The notes under the pieces are model-generated. The model made no database searches. It worked only from the letters and a program-made list of their open reading frames with translations, and was not told the DNA's origin. The translations under genes and the position numbers were made by a program. DNA of 64,000 nucleotides. Source: an uncultured bacterium (GTDB lineage Bacteria > Acidobacteriota > Aminicenantia > Aminicenantales > Saccharicenantaceae). This document shows positions 1 to 9,690 of this stretch, piece after piece; position 1 is the first letter of the stretch; each line of letters opens with the position of its first letter. Where the stretch lies: contig CALEUG010000003.1 of NCBI GenBank assembly GCA_937920515.1, positions 2,108 to 66,107 of the forward strand. Direction: 5' to 3'.

Positions 1-2
1 AA

Positions 3-1376
3 CTTGTCTTTCAGGTTCTCAACCCCCCTCGCCTGGATTTTGCGGCCGGCGGCCAGGCCGAAAAATCGGGTGGAATTGCCACGCCCAGCTTTTCGGTTGT
101 CGGGCTGTCCCGAATCCTCGGCCCGGTGGGTGCCGCCCTTACTGAATCAGTCCCGGACCCTGTAGCCCAGGCCGCTGCTGCCCTGAACGACATAGTTAAC
201 GGAAAGTTTGACCCCAAAAAGTTTTTCAGCGACAAGGCTAAAATCCTCGGCGGAATTCTGCTCCAGGATGTCATCGACCAGGTTAATGATTTCACCAGCC
301 CGGCCAACACCGGAAAAGCCCTGACCATCAAGAACGAACAGGTTTACGAAAGCGACGGCAAAACCCCGGCCGGACTCAAGACTCTTCTCAAATGGACTCC
401 TTCCGTCCATGACGTCCTGATATTCATCGCCAGCCGCGACGGGACCAGGTCCACACTGACTTTGAACGTGGAAGTCATTAACTATTTCAACGGAAAAGAA
501 TCGACTTACAAAGTCAAGGGAGAACTTACCGACTTCACCCTCGACCTGATCAAGGGCATCACCACCTTTATCCTGGTCAAATTCTCAAAATTTACCTTTA
601 CCTCAGAAAAAGGGAAGAAAACAGATGTCGACCCGAAAATCGCTTCCATCGATTTCCAGGGCCCGCTCAAATTCATAAAAGAACTTCTTGATAAAATTCC
701 GCTACCAGGAGGCTTCAGCGAGGCCGACGGAGGCTTTGGCGGAAAGCCGATAGTCAGGGTTGATACCTCCGGGGCCAGGCTGGGCTATGCCCTGTCAATT
801 CCCGACGTGGCCTTCGGAGTCTTCACCCTGCAGAACCTGAGTTTCAGCGGAGAAATTTACCTGCCTTTTACCGGCGACCCGGTTTCCCTGCGCTTTGCCT
901 TCAACGAAAAGAATAACCCCTTCCTGGTAACCGTGGCCATGTTCGGCGGCGGGGGGTTCTTCGCCATCGTGCTGCAGCCCCACGGCATCAAGCTCATCGA
1001 AGGTTCCCTGGAGTTCGGCGGCAGCTTTGCCATGAACATCGGCGTGGCCAGCGGCGGGGTTACCCTGATGGCCGGTATCTACTTCAAGTACGAAGACGAG
1101 GCCCTGACCCTGACCGGGTATGTCCGCTGCACCGGAGAGCTGGACGTCCTGGGACTCATCAGCATCTCGGCAGAATTTTACCTGTCGCTTACATACGAAG
1201 AAGCCCGTAACCGGGTCTGGGGCCAGGCCTCGCTGACCGTCAAAATCAAGATAGTCTTCTTCAGCATCAAGGTAACGTTGAAAGTTGAAAGAGAGTTCGG
1301 ACACTCACCGGCGCCGCTCTTCTGTGACCTGATGGAAGAAAAAGACTGGCTGGCTTACTGTGAAGCCTTTGCCTGA
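3..1376 (+). CDS. C-terminal part of a large uncharacterised beta-strand-rich protein (5'-truncated by window edge)
   Basis: Frame is open from position 3 (LVFQVLNPPRLDFAAGGQAEKSGGIATPSFSVVGLSRILGPVG...) into the 126-1376 ORF, so the GTG at 126 is not the true start. C-terminal half is a run of amphipathic beta-strands (GGGGFFAIVL, IEGSLEFGG, GELDVLGLISISAEFYLSLTY) ending WLAYCEAFA. Confidence 0.85.
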   Translation, partial: LVFQVLNPPRLDFAAGGQAEKSGGIATPSFSVVGLSRILGPVGAALTESVPDPVAQAAAALNDIVNGKFDPKKFFSDKAKILGGILLQDVIDQVNDFTSPANTGKALTIKNEQVYESDGKTPAGLKTLLKWTPSVHDVLIFIASRDGTRSTLTLNVEVINYFNGKESTYKVKGELTDFTLDLIKGITTFILVKFSKFTFTSEKGKKTDVDPKIASIDFQGPLKFIKELLDKIPLPGGFSEADGGFGGKPIVRVDTSGARLGYALSIPDVAFGVFTLQNLSFSGEIYLPFTGDPVSLRFAFNEKNNPFLVTVAMFGGGGFFAIVLQPHGIKLIEGSLEFGGSFAMNIGVASGGVTLMAGIYFKYEDEALTLTGYVRCTGELDVLGLISISAEFYLSLTYEEARNRVWGQASLTVKIKIVFFSIKVTLKVEREFGHSPAPLFCDLMEEKDWLAYCEAFA

Positions 1377-1390
1377 AAGGGAGGACGAGA

Positions 1391-4300
1391 ATGGCTAAAT
1401 CAACAATAATGTGGACCGTTTGTCCCAACGGAATTAAGGATGGCAAGCTGCAGTTTTCGGCCGCAGTCTCCATACGCCTGGAAGAAGGCTCAGGCGGAAA
1501 AACCCCGAGCCTCAATTTTTTCCCGGAAATACTTAACTGGCCAGAAACCGTTAAGGCCATAAATTTTGGAGTTATTTACGATAAGAGAAAGGCTGCCGGG
1601 CCAGCCGAAATCAGGAGAACCTCACCAGACCCGGAACCTGAACTCTGGCAGGCCATCTTCAAGCCTGAAGCACCCGTCTTCAATTTCAAGATGGCCGACC
1701 TGAGCAAGAACCTGGTGATATCCTACCCGGTAAAGAATGTCCTGACCTTTGTAGCCTCTCAGTATCTTAACGTGGCCGCAGAATCGCCCGAAGAACCACC
1801 GCCGATAGAAAAAGTTTTCCACACCGAGGGCCTGGCTCAAATCAGGCTTAAGCCCATTACCGATGTCCGTTTTGCCCAGACTGTTCAGCTCCGGACCACC
1901 CGGCAGGTTATGGCCCAGTCAGTCAGGCGGGAGGCCGAGAGTCAGAAGATAAGAGCGGTCCAGGTCACTCCCCTGCCCCAGCCGCCTAAAGATTTCTTCT
2001 TGCTCCGTGATTTTCACAGGCCAAAAAACAGGATAACCTTTGACCCCAAGACTAAACAACCGATTGTCAGGAGGGTGCCCATCACCAGACCGGAGATAGA
2101 TTTCCACCAGGCCCTGGCCTTCCTCACCAATTATCCAGCACTGATGAGACTCCTGGGCCTGGCCGTTGATTTTGAGATGGAAGTGCCGTCAGATTTTCCG
2201 GCCAGCGGCTGGATTAAAATTGTACCCGGGGGCCGGAGCGACGAAACGCCGAGAACAGCATATAACTTTGACCCGGCCCGTGGAATCTTTGAGGCCGCTT
2301 CCAGCAAAAGGCCACCAGAGGTGGTCAGAGGCTTCTTAAACCTGGCCGATGAAGAACAATATGACCTTGTTCAGCTCGATGTCGATGCCATAGCCCTGAA
2401 AACGGCCGAGCTGGCCGACACGGCCGAGACCAGGGAAAAAGCGGAGCTTCCAGCCCTGCGCTCAAGTGGCCTGGGCGTTGTAAGAAATGAGCAGGCCAGG
2501 AACATGGCCGAAGTCCTGGTTCGGGCCGTGGAACTTAACAATGATTTGGTGCGCAAAAGGGAAATAACACTCTTCGCTGAAGATTTAGTGCAGGGCTACC
2601 GGGTCGATGTCTGGGACGAAAAATCCAGGAAATGGCATTCCCTCTGCCAGCGTATCGGAACTTACCGCTTCCTCCGGCTGGACAGAGAACTAACCCTGGA
2701 AGACGAAGGTTTTATATCACCCGCCGTGACCCAGTCGGCAGACGAATCATCCGAAGATATTTTCGCCCATGAATCTCTTTTTCACTGGGACGGCTGGAGC
2801 TTAGTGGCCCCCCGACCCGGAAAGACCATCGACCCGAACGATAATCCGCAAACTATCGAAAACAAAGCCCTTACCGATTTTCTGCTGGAAACCAGGTTCA
2901 GGCCCAGGCCGGGTTCTCTGCCCAGGTTAAGATACGGAGTTGGCTACAGGCTAAGGGCCAGAGCCGTCGACCTGGCCGGAAACAGCCAGCCCCTGGAAAA
3001 TCCTGACGACAGCTGTGCTATTCCACCTCCTTCCAAGCCACCCTTTACCTTCAGCCGTTTTGACCCAGTGCCCTCGCCCCTGGTCATACCCCGTGAAGCA
3101 CCTAAAAGCGGAGAGAACGTGGACCACGTGGTCATAAAGAGTTTTAACGAATCCATAGAGAAGGACAATGTGCCCACCAACCAGGTTTCCGACCGCCACC
3201 TGGCCCCGCCAAAAATCTCCCAGCTGGACTCTGAATTTCATGGGATGTTTGACAGCGCTTCCGGGTTGAAGCCCGAAGTCTATTCTCTGATATGCCAGCG
3301 GGATGGAGGCCGGTTTAAAGAAATGGAGCCGGGCGAGCAGATAGAACTTCCTTACTTCCCTGACCCCTGGGCTCGCGGGGCCTGTATCCGCGGCTTGCCT
3401 TACGGAGCGCCCGACCCGATGCTGATTGAATTTTCAGGCGACTGGCCGGATTACAGGCCGTTTAGAATCAGATTGCAGGAAGGCAGTCAGCCTGCCCGCT
3501 GGGATAATTCCTCCCGCCTTCTGACTGTTTACCTGAAAAAGGGAGAATCGGTTACGTTGCGCCTGAGCTGTTATTTCCCTGAAAGATTACTGCCCGTCCA
3601 GGGACTTTACCGCTGGCTGGAAAAACCTGAAAGGATTATCCCGCAAAAAGTCATGCAGCCGCCGCGGGGTCTACCCGAAGGCCAGGTCCAGGTCCTGAAA
3701 ACCCTCCAGCCGCCCCGAATTGACCTGGCCAGAGTGCGCACGCTTTCGCTTCAGGGGCGCAACTGGTTGATGACACCCTTCAGAGAGATTACCCTGATTC
3801 ATGCCACTCTGCAGCCTGTCGGTAAACCGCGTCATAAATCACTGGAAGCCCGGAGAACGCTCGGCCAGACCTCAGCCATTCTATACGGAGAGTTTGAGCT
3901 CCACGGGCCTAGCACCTCCAAGGCCGAACTTCTGGCCGACTGGAAAGAGCCGGTGGATTACCTTAACGAACCCGGACCCAGGGTCCTGGATGGCAAAGCT
4001 CATGTCCTGGAATTCAAGGTAGACCCGGCCCAGACCTCGCTGACCCTGACTCCAGGGCCTGAAGCCGGAAGGACAGCAGCTCAACCAGGTACGACCCAAC
4101 TTCAGACCAGGTCGGCTTCAGTGGCCATGGTCAGGGCCCCGCAGACTCCGGTTTACCGCCATGAATTCGGCGACACCAGGTTCAGAAGGGTCTACTATCG
4201 CCTGCTTACGACCACTAGGTACATGGAGCAATTTCCCTCGAACGAACTGCCGGAAGAAACCGGATACACCAGAAGCAGCGACCCGGTGGAAGTCAAGGTG

Positions 4301-5383
4301 CTCAACACAGCTCCACCGGCCATGCCGAAAGTCGTTTACGTGGTACCATCTTTTAAGTGGGAAAGGAGCAAGAAAGGCTCTCAGATTACCAGCTTCAGGA
4401 AGAGCGCCCTCCGGGTTTATTTAGAAAGGCCATGGTATTCAAGTGGCGAGGGGGAGCTCCTGGCAGTAATCCTGCCGCCGGGAATCACGGTAACCCCGAA
4501 AAAGCCGGTGGTCGCTCCGGCCAGCCGGGCCGACGCACCGCAGGTTTCCCAGAGGATTCAGCCCCAGCTCCAGAGGAAAACCGTGCCCGGGGCTCTTCAG
4601 GTGAGTGTTCCTCCGGTGGCCGAGAAATACAAGCCCTACGTTACCATGTGGGGAGCCGACCCCATCTGGAGGTCAGGACCGGTGGCTCCGCCCGAGTATC
4701 CGTTGCCGGATGCCTTCCCTTCGGCGGTGGAAATAATGGGAGACCTGCCGCTTCTGGAATTGCCGGAAGATAAGAAATTCATCGCCGTCGGCCACCAGGT
4801 TGAATATGACGCCGAGCGGCAGTTGTGGTTCTGCGACTTAGAACTTGATTCCGGCCAGGCTTACTTTCCGTTTATCAGGCTGGCTCTGGCCAGGTTCCAG
4901 CCAGATTCAGTAGCCGGAGCTCATCTGTCACAGGTGGTGGTGGCCAATTTCGCCCAGATTCTGCCCGAAAGGAACCTGACCGTGACTTTCAATCCTTCAA
5001 GCCTCAAGGAAATCAGCATCAGCCTGTCGGGTGTGTCTTACATCCAGGGTTATGCCGGCAGCGGCCCGGGTGAGGTGGAGGTGGCCCTGGAAACCAAGAA
5101 ATTGAACCTGCCCGACGAGCTGGGCTGGGAACCGGTCGAAGATGCGGTCATTACCCTGAAACCGCAGCGGGCCGGGGCCACAGAAGTCGGCTCGTTTATC
5201 TGGCAGGGAGTTCTTAAACTCCCCTCGGGCCTGAAAATCCAGGATTACAGAATTGCGGTCCGGGAATATGAATTATTCGACACCGACGAAATGGATAAAG
5301 CCGCCAGGACCGTAGCCGCCGTCACCCATAAAAAGTATAAACGTTTAATATACGCCGAGACCATCAAGCTTCTGGACCTTTAA
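1391..5383 (+). CDS. 1330-aa uncharacterised protein with an FN3/Ig-like strand signature
   Basis: Long ORF with SD GGGAGG upstream, 14 nt after the previous stop. FN3-type motif YRLRARAVDLAGNS; Pro/Gln-rich linkers; no signal peptide or catalytic motif recognised. Confidence 0.9.
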   Translation: MAKSTIMWTVCPNGIKDGKLQFSAAVSIRLEEGSGGKTPSLNFFPEILNWPETVKAINFGVIYDKRKAAGPAEIRRTSPDPEPELWQAIFKPEAPVFNFKMADLSKNLVISYPVKNVLTFVASQYLNVAAESPEEPPPIEKVFHTEGLAQIRLKPITDVRFAQTVQLRTTRQVMAQSVRREAESQKIRAVQVTPLPQPPKDFFLLRDFHRPKNRITFDPKTKQPIVRRVPITRPEIDFHQALAFLTNYPALMRLLGLAVDFEMEVPSDFPASGWIKIVPGGRSDETPRTAYNFDPARGIFEAASSKRPPEVVRGFLNLADEEQYDLVQLDVDAIALKTAELADTAETREKAELPALRSSGLGVVRNEQARNMAEVLVRAVELNNDLVRKREITLFAEDLVQGYRVDVWDEKSRKWHSLCQRIGTYRFLRLDRELTLEDEGFISPAVTQSADESSEDIFAHESLFHWDGWSLVAPRPGKTIDPNDNPQTIENKALTDFLLETRFRPRPGSLPRLRYGVGYRLRARAVDLAGNSQPLENPDDSCAIPPPSKPPFTFSRFDPVPSPLVIPREAPKSGENVDHVVIKSFNESIEKDNVPTNQVSDRHLAPPKISQLDSEFHGMFDSASGLKPEVYSLICQRDGGRFKEMEPGEQIELPYFPDPWARGACIRGLPYGAPDPMLIEFSGDWPDYRPFRIRLQEGSQPARWDNSSRLLTVYLKKGESVTLRLSCYFPERLLPVQGLYRWLEKPERIIPQKVMQPPRGLPEGQVQVLKTLQPPRIDLARVRTLSLQGRNWLMTPFREITLIHATLQPVGKPRHKSLEARRTLGQTSAILYGEFELHGPSTSKAELLADWKEPVDYLNEPGPRVLDGKAHVLEFKVDPAQTSLTLTPGPEAGRTAAQPGTTQLQTRSASVAMVRAPQTPVYRHEFGDTRFRRVYYRLLTTTRYMEQFPSNELPEETGYTRSSDPVEVKVLNTAPPAMPKVVYVVPSFKWERSKKGSQITSFRKSALRVYLERPWYSSGEGELLAVILPPGITVTPKKPVVAPASRADAPQVSQRIQPQLQRKTVPGALQVSVPPVAEKYKPYVTMWGADPIWRSGPVAPPEYPLPDAFPSAVEIMGDLPLLELPEDKKFIAVGHQVEYDAERQLWFCDLELDSGQAYFPFIRLALARFQPDSVAGAHLSQVVVANFAQILPERNLTVTFNPSSLKEISISLSGVSYIQGYAGSGPGEVEVALETKKLNLPDELGWEPVEDAVITLKPQRAGATEVGSFIWQGVLKLPSGLKIQDYRIAVREYELFDTDEMDKAARTVAAVTHKKYKRLIYAETIKLLDL

Positions 5384-5686
5384 AAGGATCTGGCTGAAAA
5401 CTTAATCTTATTTACTGTGCCCAAGGAAAGAGCCAGGTCTAAGGGCCATTTCTCCGGTTCAGCTAACAACACCCTGGAAAACGATTTTTATATTTTACCT
5501 CTTCTCTTTACTAAACTCTTTTTATGATTTTTCTGATTTCTTTTGTTCTCAACATTTCTGCTCGGGCTTAAGTTCTCCTGTGGTTAATTTTTAATACCGG
5601 ACAAAAAACAAAAAATAACAATTGAGGCTGATAAAATTGATAAAATACTGATCAGGTATTGAATGAGGAGATTTTGAATTTCGATA

Positions 5687-7000
5687 TCAGCCCAGATAAG
5701 CCTTTTTGGCCCTTATGGCGGCGGATCTGTGATCGACGATGGGTTGGTGGTAGCCTGGAATGTCCAGCGCCTTAATTGCACCGCAATCAACCTTCTTCAG
5801 CTCCGGCAGGTATTTTTTTATGTAGCGGCAGTCGGGGTCGTATTTTTCAGTTTGCAGTTGCGGGTTGAACATCCGCAGGGGCCTGGGGTCGGCTCCGACC
5901 GAGGCTGACCACTGCCAGTTACCGGTGTTGACCACCTCATCATAATCCAGAAGATATTTTTTGAATAACTTCTCCCCTATCCTCCAGTCAATCAGCAGGT
6001 CCTTGGTCAGGAAAGAAGCCACAATCAACCTGGCCCGGTTATGCATCCAGCCTTCTTCTTTGAGCTGGTTTATGGCGGCATCGATAACGGGATAACCGGT
6101 GCGGGCCTCTTCCACCGCCCTGATGTCTTCGTCGCGGTTGAGCCATTTGAGGCCCCGGCGTTTCTCCTGGAATTCCAGGTTTTCGGTCCAGGGGAAATGA
6201 TAACGAATGTGGTACCAGAACTCCCGCCAGGCCAGTTCTTTTACGAACTGGCTGTCCGCTTCCAGTCTCTTTCTGACCGCCGCCAGCACTTCCCTGATGG
6301 AGACCAGCCCGAACCTTATGGCCACCGACAGGCGACTGGTACCGTCTGTGGCCAGCTTGTTCCGGCCTTCGTCGTAAACGCGGAAATCATACTGCTTGAG
6401 CCTTCGCCCGGCATAATCAACCTTCCAGTATCTGTTAATCTCGTGGGGTACTAACTTCAAGGTTTCGGTTAGCGATGGCAATTTAAGGACTGGCGTTTTA
6501 AGAAGTTCGGGTTCCGGTTTGAGGCTTAAATCCTCAGAGGCTAAAGCCGCGTTCCACAGCCTGAAAAACGGGCTGTAGACTTTACGGGCCTCAATTTTTT
6601 CCGGTGGCACCAGCAGGGAGTCATTGAAATCCTTAAAAATAACCCCAGCCTGGCGGCAAAGAGCTTCCACTTTCTTCTGGGTTTTCTCTCCGGTCCAGGA
6701 ATAGCTGCGGTTGGTGTAAAGGGCGTCGGGTTTAAGCCGGGTAATGAGCCGGGCAAAAATTTCTTCAGGTTGCCCGTAGAAGCAATAGAGCCGGCTGGCC
6801 CGGGCCCGGAGTCTGGCTTCCAGCTGCTCCAGGGCTGAAGCCAGAAAACCGGTTCTCCAGGCAGGGCCATTCAGGCCGGACAATAACTTCCTATCAAAAA
6901 TGAAGACGGGAATTATCTCGGCCGAAAGAGCGGACAGCTCATACAGGCCGCGGTTGTCCTTGAGCCTTAAATCTCTCTTGAACCAGAAAATAGACCGCAC
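5687..7000 (-). CDS. phrB: Deoxyribodipyrimidine photolyase (class I/III CPD photolyase family)
   Basis: WFKRDLRLKDN N-terminal motif, GTSRLS, WREF, GWMHNRARLIVASFLTKDL and NTGNWQW FAD-domain motifs. Confidence 0.93.
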   Translation of the reverse strand: MRSIFWFKRDLRLKDNRGLYELSALSAEIIPVFIFDRKLLSGLNGPAWRTGFLASALEQLEARLRARASRLYCFYGQPEEIFARLITRLKPDALYTNRSYSWTGEKTQKKVEALCRQAGVIFKDFNDSLLVPPEKIEARKVYSPFFRLWNAALASEDLSLKPEPELLKTPVLKLPSLTETLKLVPHEINRYWKVDYAGRRLKQYDFRVYDEGRNKLATDGTSRLSVAIRFGLVSIREVLAAVRKRLEADSQFVKELAWREFWYHIRYHFPWTENLEFQEKRRGLKWLNRDEDIRAVEEARTGYPVIDAAINQLKEEGWMHNRARLIVASFLTKDLLIDWRIGEKLFKKYLLDYDEVVNTGNWQWSASVGADPRPLRMFNPQLQTEKYDPDCRYIKKYLPELKKVDCGAIKALDIPGYHQPIVDHRSAAIRAKKAYLG

Positions 7001-7047
7001 TTCACCTTCCCGGCTTGAGCTGATCGCCGGCCTGAACGGATCATAAA

Positions 7048-7548
7048 TTAATAGCTAATCTTTTTGACCACGATGCTGGGCACCAGGCGATATCCGTTAC
7101 CATCCGGAACGGCGGATTGAGCTGCGTCAAAATCCAGGGTCACTTTTACTTTCCCATCCTCGAGCACCGTAAAATTAACAGGAACCGTGATGGTCAGCGG
7201 CGTATTGATGTTTATCTGGAAACTCCGGCCATTGACGACAACCTCGGCATTGGTGATTACCAGCTTGATACCGGTATAAGTCCCAGGCGGAAGATCTGCC
7301 TGGCAGACCTTCTCTTCCCTGTTTCTCAGCAGGAGCAGGTCATAGGTCCTGGGCCCGGCTAAAAGATTATCAGTCCAGGTGCCGTCCTCCAGCCTTAAAT
7401 ATATCTGGCTGATGGTAACATAAAAATGCTCCAGGCCGGCCAGAGGAGCATCGGTCAGATAAAGCTCGAAGTTAGATGACCTGTCAGGAGAACAGCCAGA
7501 CTGAATTAAGAGAAGAATCCCCGTTAAGATCAGGACCTTCCTTTTCAT
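7048..7548 (-). CDS. Lipoprotein, DUF4382-like
   Basis: Signal with lipobox IQSG-C; LYLTDAP, DLLLL, LPPGTY and LDFDAAQS motifs typical of DUF4382; SD GGAGG. Confidence 0.75.
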   Translation of the reverse strand: MKRKVLILTGILLLIQSGCSPDRSSNFELYLTDAPLAGLEHFYVTISQIYLRLEDGTWTDNLLAGPRTYDLLLLRNREEKVCQADLPPGTYTGIKLVITNAEVVVNGRSFQININTPLTITVPVNFTVLEDGKVKVTLDFDAAQSAVPDGNGYRLVPSIVVKKISY

Positions 7549-7667
7549 GTTTAACCTCCCTGGCTGCTTTAAACTTAAGACATCCGCGGTCAGCTGTCAA
7601 TAACGGAGCGAAAGCCGGCCTTAATAAAATGACCCGCGAGACCCGGCTCCTGAAAACAGCCCTGCTA

Positions 7668-8375
7668 TTATTTTCTTCCCTCCACGTACTTTTTTACCCT
7701 GGCCAGGGAAGAACGGACGTTGCTCCTTTCAAGCCAGTTGCGGAGAAAAGCCGGGACAGGGAAAGCAGGTTTGACCAGGCTTCCGTAACGGGCCACCGTC
7801 CTGTGGTCGTCGTACCTGAACAGTTTCCAGAAACCGTGGAGTTCTTTCAGGTCGTGCGGTTCGTTGCGGTCGAGCTCCCACCACAGGTAAAACTGCCCGG
7901 GGTTGAAATGATGGATGACAGTATAGCGGACCTTCTGGCCCATCACTTTGACCAGAAAAAACATCCGGTTATAATCCTGACCCTGCTCAACCATCTTTAA
8001 CTCTTCGATTTCTTCGATATAGTCTGCCTGGCGCTCGGTGGCCGAAAGAATTGCCCAGGCCTGCTCGACGGGAACCTCAAAAATCAGGGCAGCCGAAATT
8101 ATGGTTTTGCCCTCGGACTCCACTTCGCGGGGAAAAACCAGCACCACCTGGCCGGCCAGCACTTTATTCTTCTGCTCTTCAGTTAGCCCCTTCAAACCAT
8201 CGGGGCCAAAGTCGGGCCCAGCCTGATGTATTTGAAGGTCCCCGGCGGGCTGAAATCTTAATCCGGTTAGGTCTTCACCGCAAACCCGATTGGAGGCAAT
8301 TCCGGTTGCCGGTGGCCTGGCACAAAGAGTGATAACTAAAATGCTGTTAATAATAATCAGTAAACTTCTTTTCAT
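7668..8375 (-). CDS. Exported SRPBCC/START (polyketide cyclase-like) lipid-binding family protein
   Basis: N-terminal hydrophobic signal; VPVEQAWAIL...YIEEI and LHGFWKL motifs; C-terminal PAFLRNWL helix typical of the SRPBCC fold. Confidence 0.7.
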   Translation of the reverse strand: MKRSLLIIINSILVITLCARPPATGIASNRVCGEDLTGLRFQPAGDLQIHQAGPDFGPDGLKGLTEEQKNKVLAGQVVLVFPREVESEGKTIISAALIFEVPVEQAWAILSATERQADYIEEIEELKMVEQGQDYNRMFFLVKVMGQKVRYTVIHHFNPGQFYLWWELDRNEPHDLKELHGFWKLFRYDDHRTVARYGSLVKPAFPVPAFLRNWLERSNVRSSLARVKKYVEGRK

Positions 8376-8506
8376 CAGTTAAACCTCAAGATTCTCCAGC
8401 CCGGGTTCATGAAAATTCCTTCTGATACTGGCATCAAACTGACCATTTATGGTACCCTACGAGAAAATTATCCCGCGGGTTGTCCTCAGTCAAGTCCGCC
8501 GCAGTG

Positions 8507-8536
8507 TTGACCGGCCTGCCCGATTGTGTTTAAATT
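8507..8536 (+). promoter_or_regulatory. Putative sigma70 promoter of tRNA-Leu
   Basis: TTGACC (8507-8512), 17-18 nt spacer, TG-extended TTAAAT/TAAATT just upstream of the tRNA. Confidence 0.5.
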
Positions 8537-8546
8537 ATGAGGAGCC

Positions 8547-8632
8547 GCCGGGGTGGCGGAATTGGTAGACGCAAGGGACTTAAAATCCCTCGGGGTGTAA
8601 ACTCCGTGCCGGTTCGAGTCCGGCCCTCGGCA
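8547..8632 (+). tRNA. tRNA-Leu (anticodon TAA), class II long variable arm, CCA not encoded
   Basis: Acceptor GCCGGGG/CCTCGGC, D-arm TGGCGGAATTGGTAGACGC, anticodon arm AGGGA-CTTAAAA-TCCCT, T-arm GCCGG-TTCGAGT-CCGGC. Confidence 0.97.
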
Positions 8633-9092
8633 TTTCCTTTCTTTATCTTTCTTTCCCCTTCAGTCTTATTAGCTTCACCGGCAACATATCTTCTGTACCT
8701 GGCAACAATCCGCCATCTTTCTCAAAGACTGAACAAATCTAATCTATTTTTGCTTTACGATAAGGCTTTCTTTTGTGGCCGGCCTGATCAGGGCTGACCC
8801 AACAGCCGGTCAAGAATGTCTTCGGCCGCTTCAGCCGGCAGTTCTGGAGAGAAATTTTAGTTGTCAGAAACCCGGTCAAACCCTGGTAAAACTGAAGGCC
8901 GGCAGGTTCATATTCATACTTGTGTTGTTTAAGGGCCTGATTCCCTGCCTATAAATTAGGAACAACTTCCCTATTCCAATCTGGTCCAAGGTGGATATTG
9001 AGAGAATGGACCCCTTCAAAATAAAAATGGTCGGCAGTCACCCCCGGTTGACAGCCCCCGGCCGGGGGACTAATCTGGATAGGGAGGGGAAA

Positions 9093-9662
9093 ATGAAATC
9101 CACAGATGAATTGAAAAAGGAACACCGGGCAATTAAAATTATGTTGAATATAATGACCGAGCTGGCCAGGAGGCTGGAAGCAGGCCAGGGGGCCGACCTT
9201 AAAGACCTTAACGACATCCTGGAGTTTTTAATGATATTCGCCGACAAGTGCCATCAGGCCAAGGAAGAAGAGCTGTTATTTCCGGCCTTGGAAAAAGCTG
9301 GCATCCCGGGTGAACAGAACCAGGTCAGAGCCAGGCTGGCCGAACACCAGGCTGGCCGGGCGCTGGTAAAGGATATGGATGAGGCCGTGAGCGGGATAGC
9401 CCGCGGTGAAGACCGGGCCGGATTGAATTTCGCCAGACAGGCCAGGGCTTATGCCGAACTTCTGGCTGCTCATATAGATAAGGAAGATAATGTGCTGTTT
9501 CCGCTGGCTGATAAAAGGCTCAGCCAGAAAGCCCGGGGCAAGCTTAAGATAGGGTTTGAGAACATAGAGCGCCAGATTGTCGGTCCCGGCCGCCACCAGG
9601 AATTCCACCGGTTGCTGGACAGACTGGCGGGAAAATACCTGGTTAGAGATGAATCAGGCTGA
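9093..9662 (+). CDS. Hemerythrin (HHE cation-binding) domain protein
   Basis: Start at ATG 9093 after GGAGG; EH...HxxxE pairs: KEHRAI, CHQAKEEELLFP, AEHQAGR, HIDKEDNVLFP. Confidence 0.9.
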   Translation: MKSTDELKKEHRAIKIMLNIMTELARRLEAGQGADLKDLNDILEFLMIFADKCHQAKEEELLFPALEKAGIPGEQNQVRARLAEHQAGRALVKDMDEAVSGIARGEDRAGLNFARQARAYAELLAAHIDKEDNVLFPLADKRLSQKARGKLKIGFENIERQIVGPGRHQEFHRLLDRLAGKYLVRDESG

Positions 9663-9690
9663 ACGCAGATTATGAGAGAAGAAAAAAAAG

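Noticed and set aside
126-128. GTG start of the 416-aa ORF
   Set aside because: The frame stays open to the window edge with protein-like sequence, so this is a truncated larger gene.
8537-8797. 86-aa ORF
   Set aside because: Overlaps tRNA-Leu; translation artefact.
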